A stretch of DNA of 39,981 nucleotides, from positions 1 through 39,981 of the IMG/VR virus record IMGVR_UViG_3300045988_134362, one strand, 5' to 3'. Under the pieces are notes generated by a model that was given only the letters and a program-made list of their open reading frames with translations, had not been told where the DNA came from and ran no database searches. The position numbers were made by a program, and so were the translations under genes. Below, one piece after another: positions 16,424-26,224 of this stretch. Every line of letters starts with the position of its first letter. Positions within the stretch are counted from its first letter, which is position 1. The stretch is from a virus.

Positions 16424-19151
16424 ACATCACCATTTCACGAATAATAGCCATCAAGGTAAACGGATAAGGTTCATCCGATTCTATATATACACGTCCGTTA
16501 ATCTCAAACCCCGTGTTAGGCATAGTAACGTGCTTATCTCCGCTGTAGAGTGTTACCTCTTGATTCGATAGTTCATCATACTTGATAGGATCTAATTTAT
16601 TCTCTTCAACCCCCACCTTGCCGCCAAGAGAATTAATAAGCCTTAGTGTTGCTCCGCTTATTTTCTTTTTTCTTCCCTGTAGCGTTCCTTTTTTGTCCGC
16701 CGCTATTTCAATATTTGTTAAAGCGACTTTCATTGTATAAGGAAGTCCAACCAAGAAAGAGGATTTAATTTCTCCTTGTAAAGTAAAGCTTCCATCGTTA
16801 TCTACCTGCACATTTTTAATCGTTCTGCCGTTAACCAAAGCGGTTATTTTCTTTCCGCTTAACCAACTGGCGTTACATAGCGTTTGTCCGTTTTCTGGCA
16901 TGCCGTTTACTACTTGAGACGAATCTAGCATAGTATAACTTGACGGGTCATTTGTTTCATGCATACCTTCCAATTTTTCTATATACATTTGCTTTTCGCC
17001 GTTTATTACTCGTTCTACAACCGCGTAAACAAAGTCTTCATCATCTTCTTCAACGTTTGCGATAGAAATATATTTGCCGTCTGTTTTAAGATGACTCCAA
17101 GCGTAAACCTTTTGATCTTGTATATATGCTAAACAAGCAATAGATCCGTCATCAAGCACAAAATACAATCTTGAATCGGGATTTTGCATATATGCTCCGT
17201 CAACAATGTTTTTCCCTCGTGTTAAGTGTTTTGCAAGAAGTGTTAAATCCATTCCGTCGTAAGAATCGGATTCAAACGTGTAAGCCATATCTCTTACGGT
17301 TTCTCCTCGCTTTTGTATATATATAACACGCCCACCAACAACAAGCGGCGTTACATCGTTACACCCTCTACTGGTTTGCACCTTAGGTGTTGCATCTGTA
17401 GGCTTAACTGTAGAACTCCCCGATATAGTCCATTCATTACCAGTAGTTAAAATACATAAATCAGTACAAGGAACTAAATGTTTTATCGCCTGTTGATTTC
17501 TTGATATAAATGACAAGGAAATAGCGGAATCATCGGTTATACTTCCTGCCACCTTTTCTACAGAAAAATTCGCATAATCCCCCGTTCTACTCATCCATAC
17601 TACATAAGGTTGTTTATACGTTCCGCCAAAACATAACCTGTCCTGAAAAAAACACACTGACAACGGATATCCAAAACGATTATTCCACGATCCGATGGTG
17701 TAGGCATCAATTTCTTTTGTGCTACCCAATCTCTCCAAAACTTTACAAGTCGCTTTTGTGGATGAATTGATTTCCAGTATCTCTATTAAGCCTTTATGAG
17801 TATATGGAAGTGATGTTAAATCAGCATCGCCACTTGTCGCCACCACTCGCAAATTGACTGGTTCATCAACTGTTCCCGATTCGGAAACGTTGAAGTCTTC
17901 ATCTGATTTATAACTTCTGAAATCTTTCCAAGCACCGCCTAATTGCTGTTTTTGTAGCTTAATCTCACCTTTCCATTTGCCGTGAGTAACAACCTTCCAA
18001 CCTTTACCAACCAACACCTCTTTACTTGTTCCTTCACCTTTTTGAGTAACAGTAACAGAAGGCATATCATGGATAAGCTGTAATTGCATTCCTTTCATAT
18101 CATCAGTAAAAAACTCTTTATTGGCAGTTAGCGTAATCTCTCCGTAAGTGTTAGACGGAGTAAGCATTGTTTTTTCATTGTTTACGATATATACCGCTCC
18201 GTCTTGTCCGTCTTTATCCCCTTTGCCACCTAAATTACCGTTACCAACCGATTCGCCGTCTTGTCCGTTAGTACCAATGTATTGTAAAAAACTGGATTTC
18301 TTACCGCCCTTGCCACCTGCTATAGACTCGCCAAAAGCGGTTGTTGTTTCGCCGTCTTGTCCGTCTTTTGTTTCTTGTTTCCACGTTTGACCATCTTCTT
18401 TTCTACCACCCCAATCGCCTGCTTTACCGCCACTACCAACAACTATAGGATAATAAGTTCCTTTTTCAAGTCTTACGATTTTAGTTAAATATCCACCTCT
18501 ACCACCATTACCACCATAGGCTGTAGCTTTGAGAGAATTCCAATAGGAATTACCGCCCCCACCGCCACCTGCACCATAAATAGTAATCGTGTAATTACCT
18601 GTTGCCTGACATTGGAATTGATAAGTTCCTTCTTTATCGTATTTAACTTCATAACCTTTAGACAAAACAGACTCTAAAGAATTATCAAAATATTGACTTG
18701 TAAACTCATACGGTTTGAATTCCCACTTTTCATTACTGTATCTTGATAAAGTGTGAACTGGATATTTGCCTGATGTGATATACAAAACATCAGCGGATTG
18801 ACAAAATCTTAAACTATCAAGTAATTCTTCTTCATAAGGTGTATCAATAGTAAGGTTTATTTTTTCTTCTTTATCCCATACATTAATATACTTGTGTCCT
18901 ATTTCAAGCAAGACACTATCACTTTCACTGACTGAAAAAGCCACTAATTTTACATTTTTGTCGCTGTATTTTGTCTTGCCTATATATTTACTCCCCCCAC
19001 GCTTATATACCGCTCCATACGGTCTAATATAAGCGTTTTCTGCATTTAGTAAAGAAGATTGATATTTATCTAAATCAACACGAGAGGATACTTCGGGGCT
19101 TATTTCGCCTGTAGAAAAAGACGGCTGTATTGCATATATCGTTTCTTGCAT
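16416..19151 (-). CDS. tail tubular protein B-like (nozzle) protein, 911 aa, with an inserted glycine-rich collagen-like segment
   Basis: Size and position follow the gp11-like gene. Its N-terminus (TGEISPEVSSRVDLDKYQ) loosely resembles T7 gp12. Gly-rich insert GAGGGGGGN..GKGDKDGQDG at about aa 190-330. Confidence 0.5.
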   Translation of the reverse strand: MQETIYAIQPSFSTGEISPEVSSRVDLDKYQSSLLNAENAYIRPYGAVYKRGGSKYIGKTKYSDKNVKLVAFSVSESDSVLLEIGHKYINVWDKEEKINLTIDTPYEEELLDSLRFCQSADVLYITSGKYPVHTLSRYSNEKWEFKPYEFTSQYFDNSLESVLSKGYEVKYDKEGTYQFQCQATGNYTITIYGAGGGGGGNSYWNSLKATAYGGNGGRGGYLTKIVRLEKGTYYPIVVGSGGKAGDWGGRKEDGQTWKQETKDGQDGETTTAFGESIAGGKGGKKSSFLQYIGTNGQDGESVGNGNLGGKGDKDGQDGAVYIVNNEKTMLTPSNTYGEITLTANKEFFTDDMKGMQLQLIHDMPSVTVTQKGEGTSKEVLVGKGWKVVTHGKWKGEIKLQKQQLGGAWKDFRSYKSDEDFNVSESGTVDEPVNLRVVATSGDADLTSLPYTHKGLIEILEINSSTKATCKVLERLGSTKEIDAYTIGSWNNRFGYPLSVCFFQDRLCFGGTYKQPYVVWMSRTGDYANFSVEKVAGSITDDSAISLSFISRNQQAIKHLVPCTDLCILTTGNEWTISGSSTVKPTDATPKVQTSRGCNDVTPLVVGGRVIYIQKRGETVRDMAYTFESDSYDGMDLTLLAKHLTRGKNIVDGAYMQNPDSRLYFVLDDGSIACLAYIQDQKVYAWSHLKTDGKYISIANVEEDDEDFVYAVVERVINGEKQMYIEKLEGMHETNDPSSYTMLDSSQVVNGMPENGQTLCNASWLSGKKITALVNGRTIKNVQVDNDGSFTLQGEIKSSFLVGLPYTMKVALTNIEIAADKKGTLQGRKKKISGATLRLINSLGGKVGVEENKLDPIKYDELSNQEVTLYSGDKHVTMPNTGFEINGRVYIESDEPYPFTLMAIIREMVMYG

Positions 19152-19160
19152 GTTAACTCC

Positions 19161-19751
19161 TTAAAATCTGGCATCAAAATACTTATGAGGATATGACGGT
19201 TTGTTTTCTCTCTCTCTTGCACTTTCAACTTCCGCTTGTAATAACTCCTGATGTGCTAGCTGTAATTGCATATTTGCCATGTTAGCACTGCCACTAAGCG
19301 GTAAAGCAATAGAGGAAGCAATCAAATGAGCAAGTACACTACAAAATGTAGCTGTGAATATTTCAGCATCCTTTATGTCCACCGTGTATTCAATGCTAGC
19401 TTTTTCCAAATTACAAGCTATACACTTTTTACCGCCCACGTTAGCCACTTCATACTCTTGATGTTTTGTGTCTATATCTTGTGTTGTTATATCGTTATAT
19501 ATTGCCTTCATTGATAAACAGTCTTCGGGATACTCATATACAAAATCATATCTAGGTATCTTTTCGTCCACTTCAGCTAATTTCTGGTACTTATGAGCAA
19601 ACCCCCATACAAACTTAGATAAAAGCTGTTTTCTTAATTGGTCATACCATAATTTGCACTGTCTTGCCTGTTCGCTTTCTTCATATATATCACTTATACT
19701 GCCCTGTCCTATCATTGACAAGGCAAGATTACATATTTCTGTATTGGTCAT
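19161..19751 (-). CDS. tail tubular protein A-like (gatekeeper/adaptor), 196 aa
   Basis: Same length as T7 gp11 (196 aa). N-terminal pattern (NLALSMIGQGSISDIYE ... RKQLLSKFVW) matches the remembered T7 gp11 pattern (ILASIGEPPVSTLE ... NRQIQSRGW). AAGGGG RBS. Confidence 0.5.
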   Translation of the reverse strand: MTNTEICNLALSMIGQGSISDIYEESEQARQCKLWYDQLRKQLLSKFVWGFAHKYQKLAEVDEKIPRYDFVYEYPEDCLSMKAIYNDITTQDIDTKHQEYEVANVGGKKCIACNLEKASIEYTVDIKDAEIFTATFCSVLAHLIASSIALPLSGSANMANMQLQLAHQELLQAEVESARERENKPSYPHKYFDARF

Positions 19752-19794
19752 ATTTTCCCCTTTTTCTACGCATATAAAAACTTTTATATAAATA

Positions 19795-19820
19795 GAAAAG
19801 GGGGAAAACTCCCCCTCTTC
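19795..19820. terminator. hairpin (GGGGG-aaaact-CCCCC) with flanking T/A runs, bidirectional terminator after the capsid block
   Basis: Stem-loop read directly. T-rich run follows it on both strands. Confidence 0.45.
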
Positions 19821-19832
19821 TTATATCTTTTC

Positions 19833-20180
19833 TTACTTCAATTCTGCATCTAATGTAAGACCTACACTAAGTGTGCCAGTGGTAGCTCCTGTAATAATTG
19901 CGTTAAGATAACGCTTGCCACCTGATGGAAGTCTTAAATCAACTACACCTTCTACTTCTTTCGGAAGTTTAATTATAGCTAATGTTTCAGGACTTCCCAT
20001 ATTATCCTTGTCGGAAGACTGGATAGTAATAGTTGCTACTCCGCTAAGCGGTGCGTGTACCATTGCATGCACCCACAACGCATCGTAAGCATCTCCTGCC
20101 CCTTTATCGATAATCTTAGAAGTAGTGCCTTTTGCTAAGTCTTGCTGATTAAAAAACATATTTTCTGCATCGTATATCAT
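19833..20180 (-). CDS. hypothetical capsid-associated protein (115 aa; possible decoration protein)
   Basis: Immediately downstream of the major capsid gene, before the terminator. Confidence 0.35.
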   Translation of the reverse strand: MIYDAENMFFNQQDLAKGTTSKIIDKGAGDAYDALWVHAMVHAPLSGVATITIQSSDKDNMGSPETLAIIKLPKEVEGVVDLRLPSGGKRYLNAIITGATTGTLSVGLTLDAELK

Positions 20181-20195
20181 GTGTGTTTTCTCCTT

Positions 20196-21194
20196 TTAAA
20201 CAGTTAAAATCTTCTTTTCAGTGTCGCGTAATGCATCTACCGGCTTAACGATGATACCGTTTACTCGCATTTCTGGCATAGCTCCCTGTGCTTCCGCTCT
20301 AGTAATGTATACGCTGTTCTTGTCGCTGTAGTACAAGGTAAGCATAGTATAGAGTTCAGCGGATACATACCATACAGGATTGATACCTGCGGATAAAGAA
20401 CGCATACGACCCTGTGCTCGAATCATAGATTCTACTACATCCTTACGGTCGTTAGAGGTTTTCTTGGAAAGGTCAATGTTACGAACAGCAGCTACCATGC
20501 GGTGGTCACGAACAGCAAGACCAGGTTTCCACTTAAACAAAGTGGTTACCGCTCTAAACTTATTACCTTCTCCGTCAATTGCATCATTTTCGCCTAAATC
20601 TTCTTGCTTAATACCAGCTACACCGTATTTAGGATAAATGCCAGTAGCACCCGAATCGCCCCAACCGACGAGCCAAGCAGAAGACAAAAATCCGTCTTTT
20701 GTACCGCCTACATCGATTACCTGATAAGTAGTATCTCCTACGTTTCCGCCAATCTTGTTATAACGAACAGACAACCCGTTAAACTCATCTTGGTTCTTGG
20801 AAGAGTCGCCGTAGAATACATAGCTTGCTACCTGTTGTGACATTCCCTGTACGAACGCATCATCTTCAGAACGTCTAAATGCTTGAGCATCTGGTTGCAA
20901 AGAGAGAAGTTCAACGTCTACTTCAGAACGTGCTTCAAGCAAACAACAAGTATCTACGATCTGCTTTGTGGTGGACTTGCTAGCTGGTACACCTCTATTA
21001 ATCTGTCTTAAATATCCTTTCGGAAGTGAGGTACGCTGTGTAGTCATGTTACCTGTCGGTAAATTACCCTGCATCCAAGGGATATCGTTTACTACTGGAT
21101 TAGACTGTGCCATTACCTCGATAATGTGGTCGATAGCTCCATCCGGAGCAAGTCTCTTTCTTAAATCGCTAAATGTTAATGCAATATTTCCCAT
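20196..21194 (-). CDS. major capsid protein (332 aa)
   Basis: Size and position (after the scaffold gene, before the terminator and tail genes) and the strong RBS. No family assignment possible by eye. Confidence 0.55.
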   Translation of the reverse strand: MGNIALTFSDLRKRLAPDGAIDHIIEVMAQSNPVVNDIPWMQGNLPTGNMTTQRTSLPKGYLRQINRGVPASKSTTKQIVDTCCLLEARSEVDVELLSLQPDAQAFRRSEDDAFVQGMSQQVASYVFYGDSSKNQDEFNGLSVRYNKIGGNVGDTTYQVIDVGGTKDGFLSSAWLVGWGDSGATGIYPKYGVAGIKQEDLGENDAIDGEGNKFRAVTTLFKWKPGLAVRDHRMVAAVRNIDLSKKTSNDRKDVVESMIRAQGRMRSLSAGINPVWYVSAELYTMLTLYYSDKNSVYITRAEAQGAMPEMRVNGIIVKPVDALRDTEKKILTV

Positions 21195-21208
21195 ATTTTA
21201 AATTCTCC

Positions 21209-21847
21209 TTATCTATATTTATCAAAATTTGTGTTTGGGTAAGGGTTATCATTAGTAGCCCCTACACCACTGCCACCAACTCCGCCGTCTTCTTTGAGAA
21301 GTTTGCCAAGAGTGGCAAATACCTTAATAATTTCTATACGATTGCCTGCGCCTGTTTCGTTAAGCACTTGTCGGATATTAGGTATCGTTCTTGAAATGTG
21401 TTCTACACCCGTCCCACACAAGGCAACTGTTTTGTCAAAATCTGCTCCTAACTCCTTACGAGCCGTATCGCCCCATGCTTTAACCTCGTTAACTCGCTCT
21501 TCTTCCATAGCGTTTCTAATGGTTTCAGCGTACTGATATCCATAGCTCGCCATTTGATTGGCTTGTTCATTAGTGAGGTTCATTCCTCTGCAAAGCTCGC
21601 CAAAAGAAGTTGCTATTTCTTTATCAAGTTCTCCGCCCTCCGGAAGAGAAGACGTAAAGTCGTAGCTTTCTGGTGCTCCTTGTGGTTCAGTTGCGGGTTC
21701 TGTCTGTGTACCAGGTTCACCTGCTCCACCTGCAAGAGTACTAGGCTCTGTATGTTCGGTAGCGGTTGCTACCTGTGTAGTAGTTTCTGTAGTGGATTCT
21801 GTCTGTGTACCAGTTTCCGTGTTAATGTTCTGGTCATTAGGTTCCAT
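21209..21847 (-). CDS. putative scaffolding protein (212 aa, very acidic, T/E-rich N-terminus)
   Basis: Position between portal and capsid genes. Acidic helical composition. Confidence 0.4.
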   Translation of the reverse strand: MEPNDQNINTETGTQTESTTETTTQVATATEHTEPSTLAGGAGEPGTQTEPATEPQGAPESYDFTSSLPEGGELDKEIATSFGELCRGMNLTNEQANQMASYGYQYAETIRNAMEEERVNEVKAWGDTARKELGADFDKTVALCGTGVEHISRTIPNIRQVLNETGAGNRIEIIKVFATLGKLLKEDGGVGGSGVGATNDNPYPNTNFDKYR

Positions 21848-21850
21848 CTC

Positions 21851-22207
21851 TTATTCCTCCTCGAATAACTGTTTAACTCGTTCTTGTTCAAGAACATATT
21901 CCTTTTCTGCTTTTTGTTTTAGTTTAAACCCCTCAATGCCAAGATTAGACATAATGCATTGGTCAAGATGAATACCAACCGCTCTCAATCCCTCATTAAA
22001 AAAGGTCTGTGAATTCCCAGTAAAGCTCGGTAGCTTGTACTTTGTAAAATCAAGTAGCCGCATTACAAACCATCTACCCTCTTTACTAGACATCACCTTT
22101 CGCCATGCTTTTATATCATTCTCCCGAATCAATCGGTCTTTAAACTCAAAATATCGTCTATCGTTCTTATCCGTTATCGTTCGGTTTTCTCTATTCATAA
22201 GAATCAC
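21851..22207 (-). CDS. hypothetical head-assembly protein (118 aa)
   Basis: Sits between portal and scaffold genes. Overlaps the portal stop. Confidence 0.3.
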   Translation of the reverse strand: MILMNRENRTITDKNDRRYFEFKDRLIRENDIKAWRKVMSSKEGRWFVMRLLDFTKYKLPSFTGNSQTFFNEGLRAVGIHLDQCIMSNLGIEGFKLKQKAEKEYVLEQERVKQLFEEE

Positions 22208-23966
22208 CCAATCCTAACATCTGCTGTAACGCAGGGTTTCCATCGTTCGCCGCCTCTGTTAAGTTCTTTGCGGCTTGTGCCGCCGGTGCCATTGCCTGTA
22301 TTTGTTGTAACTGCATTTGCTCGGCTTGTGCTTGTGCCTGTGCTTCCTGTTCTGCCCTTATCATTTGTTCTACTTCTTCTCTTGAGCGTTCCATCGTTGC
22401 AGGTGCTCCTAAGAGTTCAAAATACTTACGGGTCATACTCATAGGTTCAACAAGGTTTCTTACTTCTGGGTATATCTGACTTACTTGCCCTACAAACGAT
22501 AACGCTTGTTCGATATTAATAAGCCCCGACATCTTCTGCGCTTGTGCTAACGGCGAGATATACTCAATCTTTATATCTTGTCCTTGCAGTCTTTCTGCTA
22601 TGTCTGGCGGAAGTGGTTCAAACACTCCCATACGCTCAAGGATGTTATAAGACCGCTCGATAATCGGGCTTAAGAACTCGTCTTGTAGTCTTTCTACAAC
22701 TGGTCCTAGTTGTTGTAGCTTTTCTTGTTGTCTTTCTATTACTTCCCTTGCCGTCATATTTGATTGACTTAACTGGTCAAGCATTAAAAACAAATCAGCG
22801 GAGTATATACGTTTGATGGCGTTTTCGCTCTGTACTATCTGTTCAGCGAGCCACTGCGGGTTACTTGGCACTTGGAACACTGGGCTTAGCACGTTAGAAC
22901 TAGTTGTTTCGTTAACATAAGTCATCCCACCAGGAATAAGGTTTATCCCCCTGTTCTGTAGTTCAGCTGGTCCTTTCATCGGCGGTTTAACCATGAGTTC
23001 AGCCACCGTTAACATGTCTCTCTTCATGAGTTGTAAGGCTTTCGCCTCGCCTTCCGCATACCATCCAGGACCTTTGCCATATGCTTCAATCCCTAACACT
23101 TGGTAACGAGCAGTGGGGACTGGGAATTCCTCAAACCCACCAACGTACAAATATCCCTCGTTGTCGGTTTCGTCTTGTCCGTCCGCCCAGTAGAGAGATA
23201 AGTACGGCATGTTTACCGCTCCCGATTCTCCCGTCACTCGTTCGTCATTAGGAGTAACAAGCCACCATACGATAAACTCTTTATCATGCTTAGCCGACTC
23301 GTTGTTCATTACCTCTTTTACACATCTCGGCAGCCGCTCACTTCCGAACTGACTTACTATCTGGTTTCCAGTCATTCTAAGACGTCTCGCAAAAGAGTTG
23401 ATAGTTCCGCTCCCTGTGGTTCCTAAATAATAGGAACCTACTGTATAAGGTTGAAAGCGTATCCCTGTTTCAGGCGATGAAAAAACTCCGAGCGGTGCTT
23501 GACCGAATGGAAGTTCTGTATATACAGTATGTACAGCGTTGTAGAAATTAGAACGATGTAAGAAGGACTCTAATATCTCTTGCCGTTTGTCTAACACTCT
23601 TAACGCATCTATATCCTCGCTTGCCCCTTTGGAAAACCCAAACTTAAACCACTGACGAGATGGCGGTGTAAGTCCTGACATGATGCCAGCAGCGAACGCT
23701 TGATTAGCAAGCCATGCCACACCGTTTGATATCTGTAGGTCTTTACGCTTACCCCTTGTTATATCGTCGCTCGTCTCTGGGAATTCTCCCAAGAAAGGAA
23801 GTTGATAGTCTCTAATCGATAACCATCTATCCTCATACTGTCTACGCTTTTTCTTTAAGGTCTTTACGATTGCTAACGCCTTACGCTTATTAGGTGCTTT
23901 TCTAAAAGCCATATCTGACGGATTAACTGCATCAGGGGAAGCTCTAGCTAAAATAGTATCGTTCAT
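22191..23966 (-). CDS. portal (head-to-tail connector) protein, 591 aa, acidic Q/A-rich C-terminal tail
   Basis: First large gene after terL. Size in the podovirus connector class. Confidence 0.65.
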   Translation of the reverse strand: MNDTILARASPDAVNPSDMAFRKAPNKRKALAIVKTLKKKRRQYEDRWLSIRDYQLPFLGEFPETSDDITRGKRKDLQISNGVAWLANQAFAAGIMSGLTPPSRQWFKFGFSKGASEDIDALRVLDKRQEILESFLHRSNFYNAVHTVYTELPFGQAPLGVFSSPETGIRFQPYTVGSYYLGTTGSGTINSFARRLRMTGNQIVSQFGSERLPRCVKEVMNNESAKHDKEFIVWWLVTPNDERVTGESGAVNMPYLSLYWADGQDETDNEGYLYVGGFEEFPVPTARYQVLGIEAYGKGPGWYAEGEAKALQLMKRDMLTVAELMVKPPMKGPAELQNRGINLIPGGMTYVNETTSSNVLSPVFQVPSNPQWLAEQIVQSENAIKRIYSADLFLMLDQLSQSNMTAREVIERQQEKLQQLGPVVERLQDEFLSPIIERSYNILERMGVFEPLPPDIAERLQGQDIKIEYISPLAQAQKMSGLINIEQALSFVGQVSQIYPEVRNLVEPMSMTRKYFELLGAPATMERSREEVEQMIRAEQEAQAQAQAEQMQLQQIQAMAPAAQAAKNLTEAANDGNPALQQMLGLGDSYE

Positions 23967-23967
23967 A

Positions 23968-24168
23968 TTACCCTAATGTATCCTTTCCGCCTGCGATAGT
24001 TCCTTGACTAAGCATAGTCGATGCAAACCCTCTGCGTTTCTTTCTTCTTTGGTCTTCGCCATCTCCTGCGTTCCCCACATCACCAGTCGTTACTGTCGGC
24101 GGTGGTGCTATCTTTTGCACTTCTGGCATGGTCGGTTGTTTCACTTTAAATAAATTACTCAAACACAT
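23968..24168 (-). CDS. small hypothetical protein (66 aa, P/G-rich, basic patch)
   Basis: ORF between terL and portal with coupled stop and start. Confidence 0.3.
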   Translation of the reverse strand: MCLSNLFKVKQPTMPEVQKIAPPPTVTTGDVGNAGDGEDQRRKKRRGFASTMLSQGTIAGGKDTLG

Positions 24169-24186
24169 GTTCTGATTCTCCTTTAC

Positions 24187-25623
24187 TTAAAAAATGCTGT
24201 ACTCTGTATTGGTCATATGTTGCACTTTCCCGTATTTGTTCAGCGAGCGTGCAACTGGCACGGCAAAGGTTAAAGCTAAAGCATCGCCATCGTTTGGTGA
24301 TGGTATCCCTTTTTTCTTCATATACTCCTTGCTCTGTAACTGCAACTTGCCGTCAAGTGTCGGTTTTATCTCAACACCCGTTAAATCATCTTGGATTGAT
24401 TGCTCATCTGGTAACGCACCACCTTGTTTTAGCCATTTCAATATTTCTTTCCACATATACGAACGCATGTTCGTGCAGTCAATAACTGGCGGTTTAGCGG
24501 CAAAAGAGATAAGATTCCAATTTCGCCCCATCGTTACGCCTGCGGAATATATCCCCGTGCCGTATCCCATATCGATATTGACCGCCGCCGCTTTATACTC
24601 GTCCTCAAACCGACATAGCATGTTAGCTATGGTTAAGTCGTTGTCGTTTTTTGGAATTTTAGCCAAGCGTTTGGCACAAAGCCCCTGCCTCATCCATATG
24701 GACAAGTAGTCGTCTCCGCTCCACGCAGGGTCACACCCTATAACAACTGGTGCAAAGTCGTACATATACGGCTGTAGTTTCTTTTTTCTTGATTCCTCGA
24801 CTAATGAGGTCGGGATAAGCTGATTAGTCCCCGACTGCGGAAATTGCCCCATAACACGGACCCTGAAAAAGTCAGAGTCTTCCCCGTACATCTCCTGCCA
24901 TTGCTCTATCGTCGCTTTGTTTGAGAGTGGAACATCTCTTGAGTCTACTTGTTGTAACTTCCAAAATTTTCTGTATTTATGAAAGCAATCAAAAAACCGA
25001 CCCGTGTTTCTTGTCGGGTTACCAAATACCGACCATATTATCTCGGTGTTATCGTCTGTCATAGCACCTTCAGCGACCTCCCAAATACGGTTGTCGATAC
25101 TTGACGCCTCATCAAATATTAAAAGTATGCGATTGCCTTGATTATGTAGCCCTGCAAAAGCTTCGGGGTTGTCTTTACTCCAGGGGATAGCATCTATCCG
25201 CCAAGTTTTCTCCTTACCGTTTTGTGCAGAAAAAATAGAGGTGGCGGTAATTTTAAACAGGTCTTTGCCGATAAACAAACTATACCATTTACTAAGCTCC
25301 GCCCACGTTTTGGTTATCAGCTGCGTTTCTGTGTTTGCCGTTACTATCCCTCTTGTATCCTCTCTTGTGGATATAGCCCACAAAACAAGCCACGCAACGA
25401 GTGCCGACTTTCCGATCCCGTGTCCACTGGCTACAGCAGTACGGATAACATCGCCCGCGCTTTTAAAACCATCTCTTATAGCTTTTAACTCTTTTACTTG
25501 CCATTCTGACGGGGTTTTGCCCTCGAGACTGCCATCACCCCATGAAAAAGCAAAGTAAACAAAGCGAAAAGGGTCGTGAGTAAACCGAGCCAATGCATTA
25601 ATAACATCAACGTTACTCATCAT
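24187..25623 (-). CDS. terL: terminase large subunit
   Basis: Walker A (VASGHGIGKSALVAWLV), Walker B (ILLIFDEAS), RNaseH-like nuclease Asp motifs (VIGCDPAWSGDDY, NDGDALALTFA). Confidence 0.9.
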   Translation of the reverse strand: MMSNVDVINALARFTHDPFRFVYFAFSWGDGSLEGKTPSEWQVKELKAIRDGFKSAGDVIRTAVASGHGIGKSALVAWLVLWAISTREDTRGIVTANTETQLITKTWAELSKWYSLFIGKDLFKITATSIFSAQNGKEKTWRIDAIPWSKDNPEAFAGLHNQGNRILLIFDEASSIDNRIWEVAEGAMTDDNTEIIWSVFGNPTRNTGRFFDCFHKYRKFWKLQQVDSRDVPLSNKATIEQWQEMYGEDSDFFRVRVMGQFPQSGTNQLIPTSLVEESRKKKLQPYMYDFAPVVIGCDPAWSGDDYLSIWMRQGLCAKRLAKIPKNDNDLTIANMLCRFEDEYKAAAVNIDMGYGTGIYSAGVTMGRNWNLISFAAKPPVIDCTNMRSYMWKEILKWLKQGGALPDEQSIQDDLTGVEIKPTLDGKLQLQSKEYMKKKGIPSPNDGDALALTFAVPVARSLNKYGKVQHMTNTEYSIF

Positions 25624-26098
25624 TTAACTCCTCTAGCCGTTTGCGAGCTTTAGCGAGCACGTCAGCAATGTTAATATTGCCATCAACGTCCAGTTTACTT
25701 TTGTTACTCCACTCATCTGGTCTGCGATTGTTTAACCAGTAAATCAACGCAGCGGTGTTTGGTGGCTCTTGTTTGTGAGTGACAGTAATCTCTTTTGTTG
25801 ATTTTCCCTCGTTGTCCACTCCATCAGCGTTAACGACGTACTCCTCTCTTATTTCTTTGCAAGAATAACCAAGAGCACGTTTATAAAGTGCGTTGACTAT
25901 CTCTTTGTCGGCAATCTCTTTACCTTTTTTAATTGCGTCTGAAAATTCGGGGTAAACTTTTATCCACTCATACAAAGTACTTTTATTTATTCCCATTTTT
26001 TCTGCAATTTGACAGTCAAACAAACCATCTTTTGCCCATTTAGTCACTTTTGCTAAATTATCCTCTTTTAGCCAGTATTTGTACTTTCCGTTATTCAT
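25613..26098 (-). CDS. terS: terminase small subunit (HTH, P27/Terminase_4-like)
   Basis: N-terminal HTH (CQIAEKMGINKSTLYEWI), PPNTAALIYWLNNRRPDEW motif. Overlaps the terL start. AAAGGAGAG RBS. Confidence 0.8.
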   Translation of the reverse strand: MNNGKYKYWLKEDNLAKVTKWAKDGLFDCQIAEKMGINKSTLYEWIKVYPEFSDAIKKGKEIADKEIVNALYKRALGYSCKEIREEYVVNADGVDNEGKSTKEITVTHKQEPPNTAALIYWLNNRRPDEWSNKSKLDVDGNINIADVLAKARKRLEELNDE

Positions 26099-26137
26099 TT
26101 ATTTACTCTCCTTTCTTTTAAATTTTGACAACAAAAA

Positions 26138-26164
26138 AGACAAACGCTGTTTAAACGCTCGTCT
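26138..26164 (-). terminator. hairpin plus U-tract in the 5' leader of the late operon (between late promoter and terS RBS); candidate attenuator or antitermination site
   Basis: Minus-strand transcript: AGACGAGCGUUU-AAAC-AGCGUUUGUCU followed by UUUUUUGUUG, about 30 nt before the terS RBS. Confidence 0.4.
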
Positions 26165-26195
26165 TACTCAATTTTATCGATTCTTTTACAAATAC

Positions 26196-26224
26196 ATTAT
26201 ACCATTTTTTAAATTCCAAATCAA
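26196..26224 (-). promoter_or_regulatory. late-operon promoter TTGATT-17-TGgTATAAT (minus strand)
   Basis: Reverse complement of 26196-26224 gives -35 TTGATT, a 17-nt spacer and an extended -10 TGGTATAAT. Confidence 0.5.

Noticed and set aside
18148-18390. Pro-rich 80-aa plus-strand ORF
   Set aside because: Reverse-complement reading of the Gly-rich insert of the 911-aa protein.
24194-25558. Plus-strand ORFs antisense to terL (24194..24709, 24249..24485, 25169..25558, 25222..25488)
   Set aside because: Lie entirely within a well-supported terL gene. No RBSs. Shadow ORFs.
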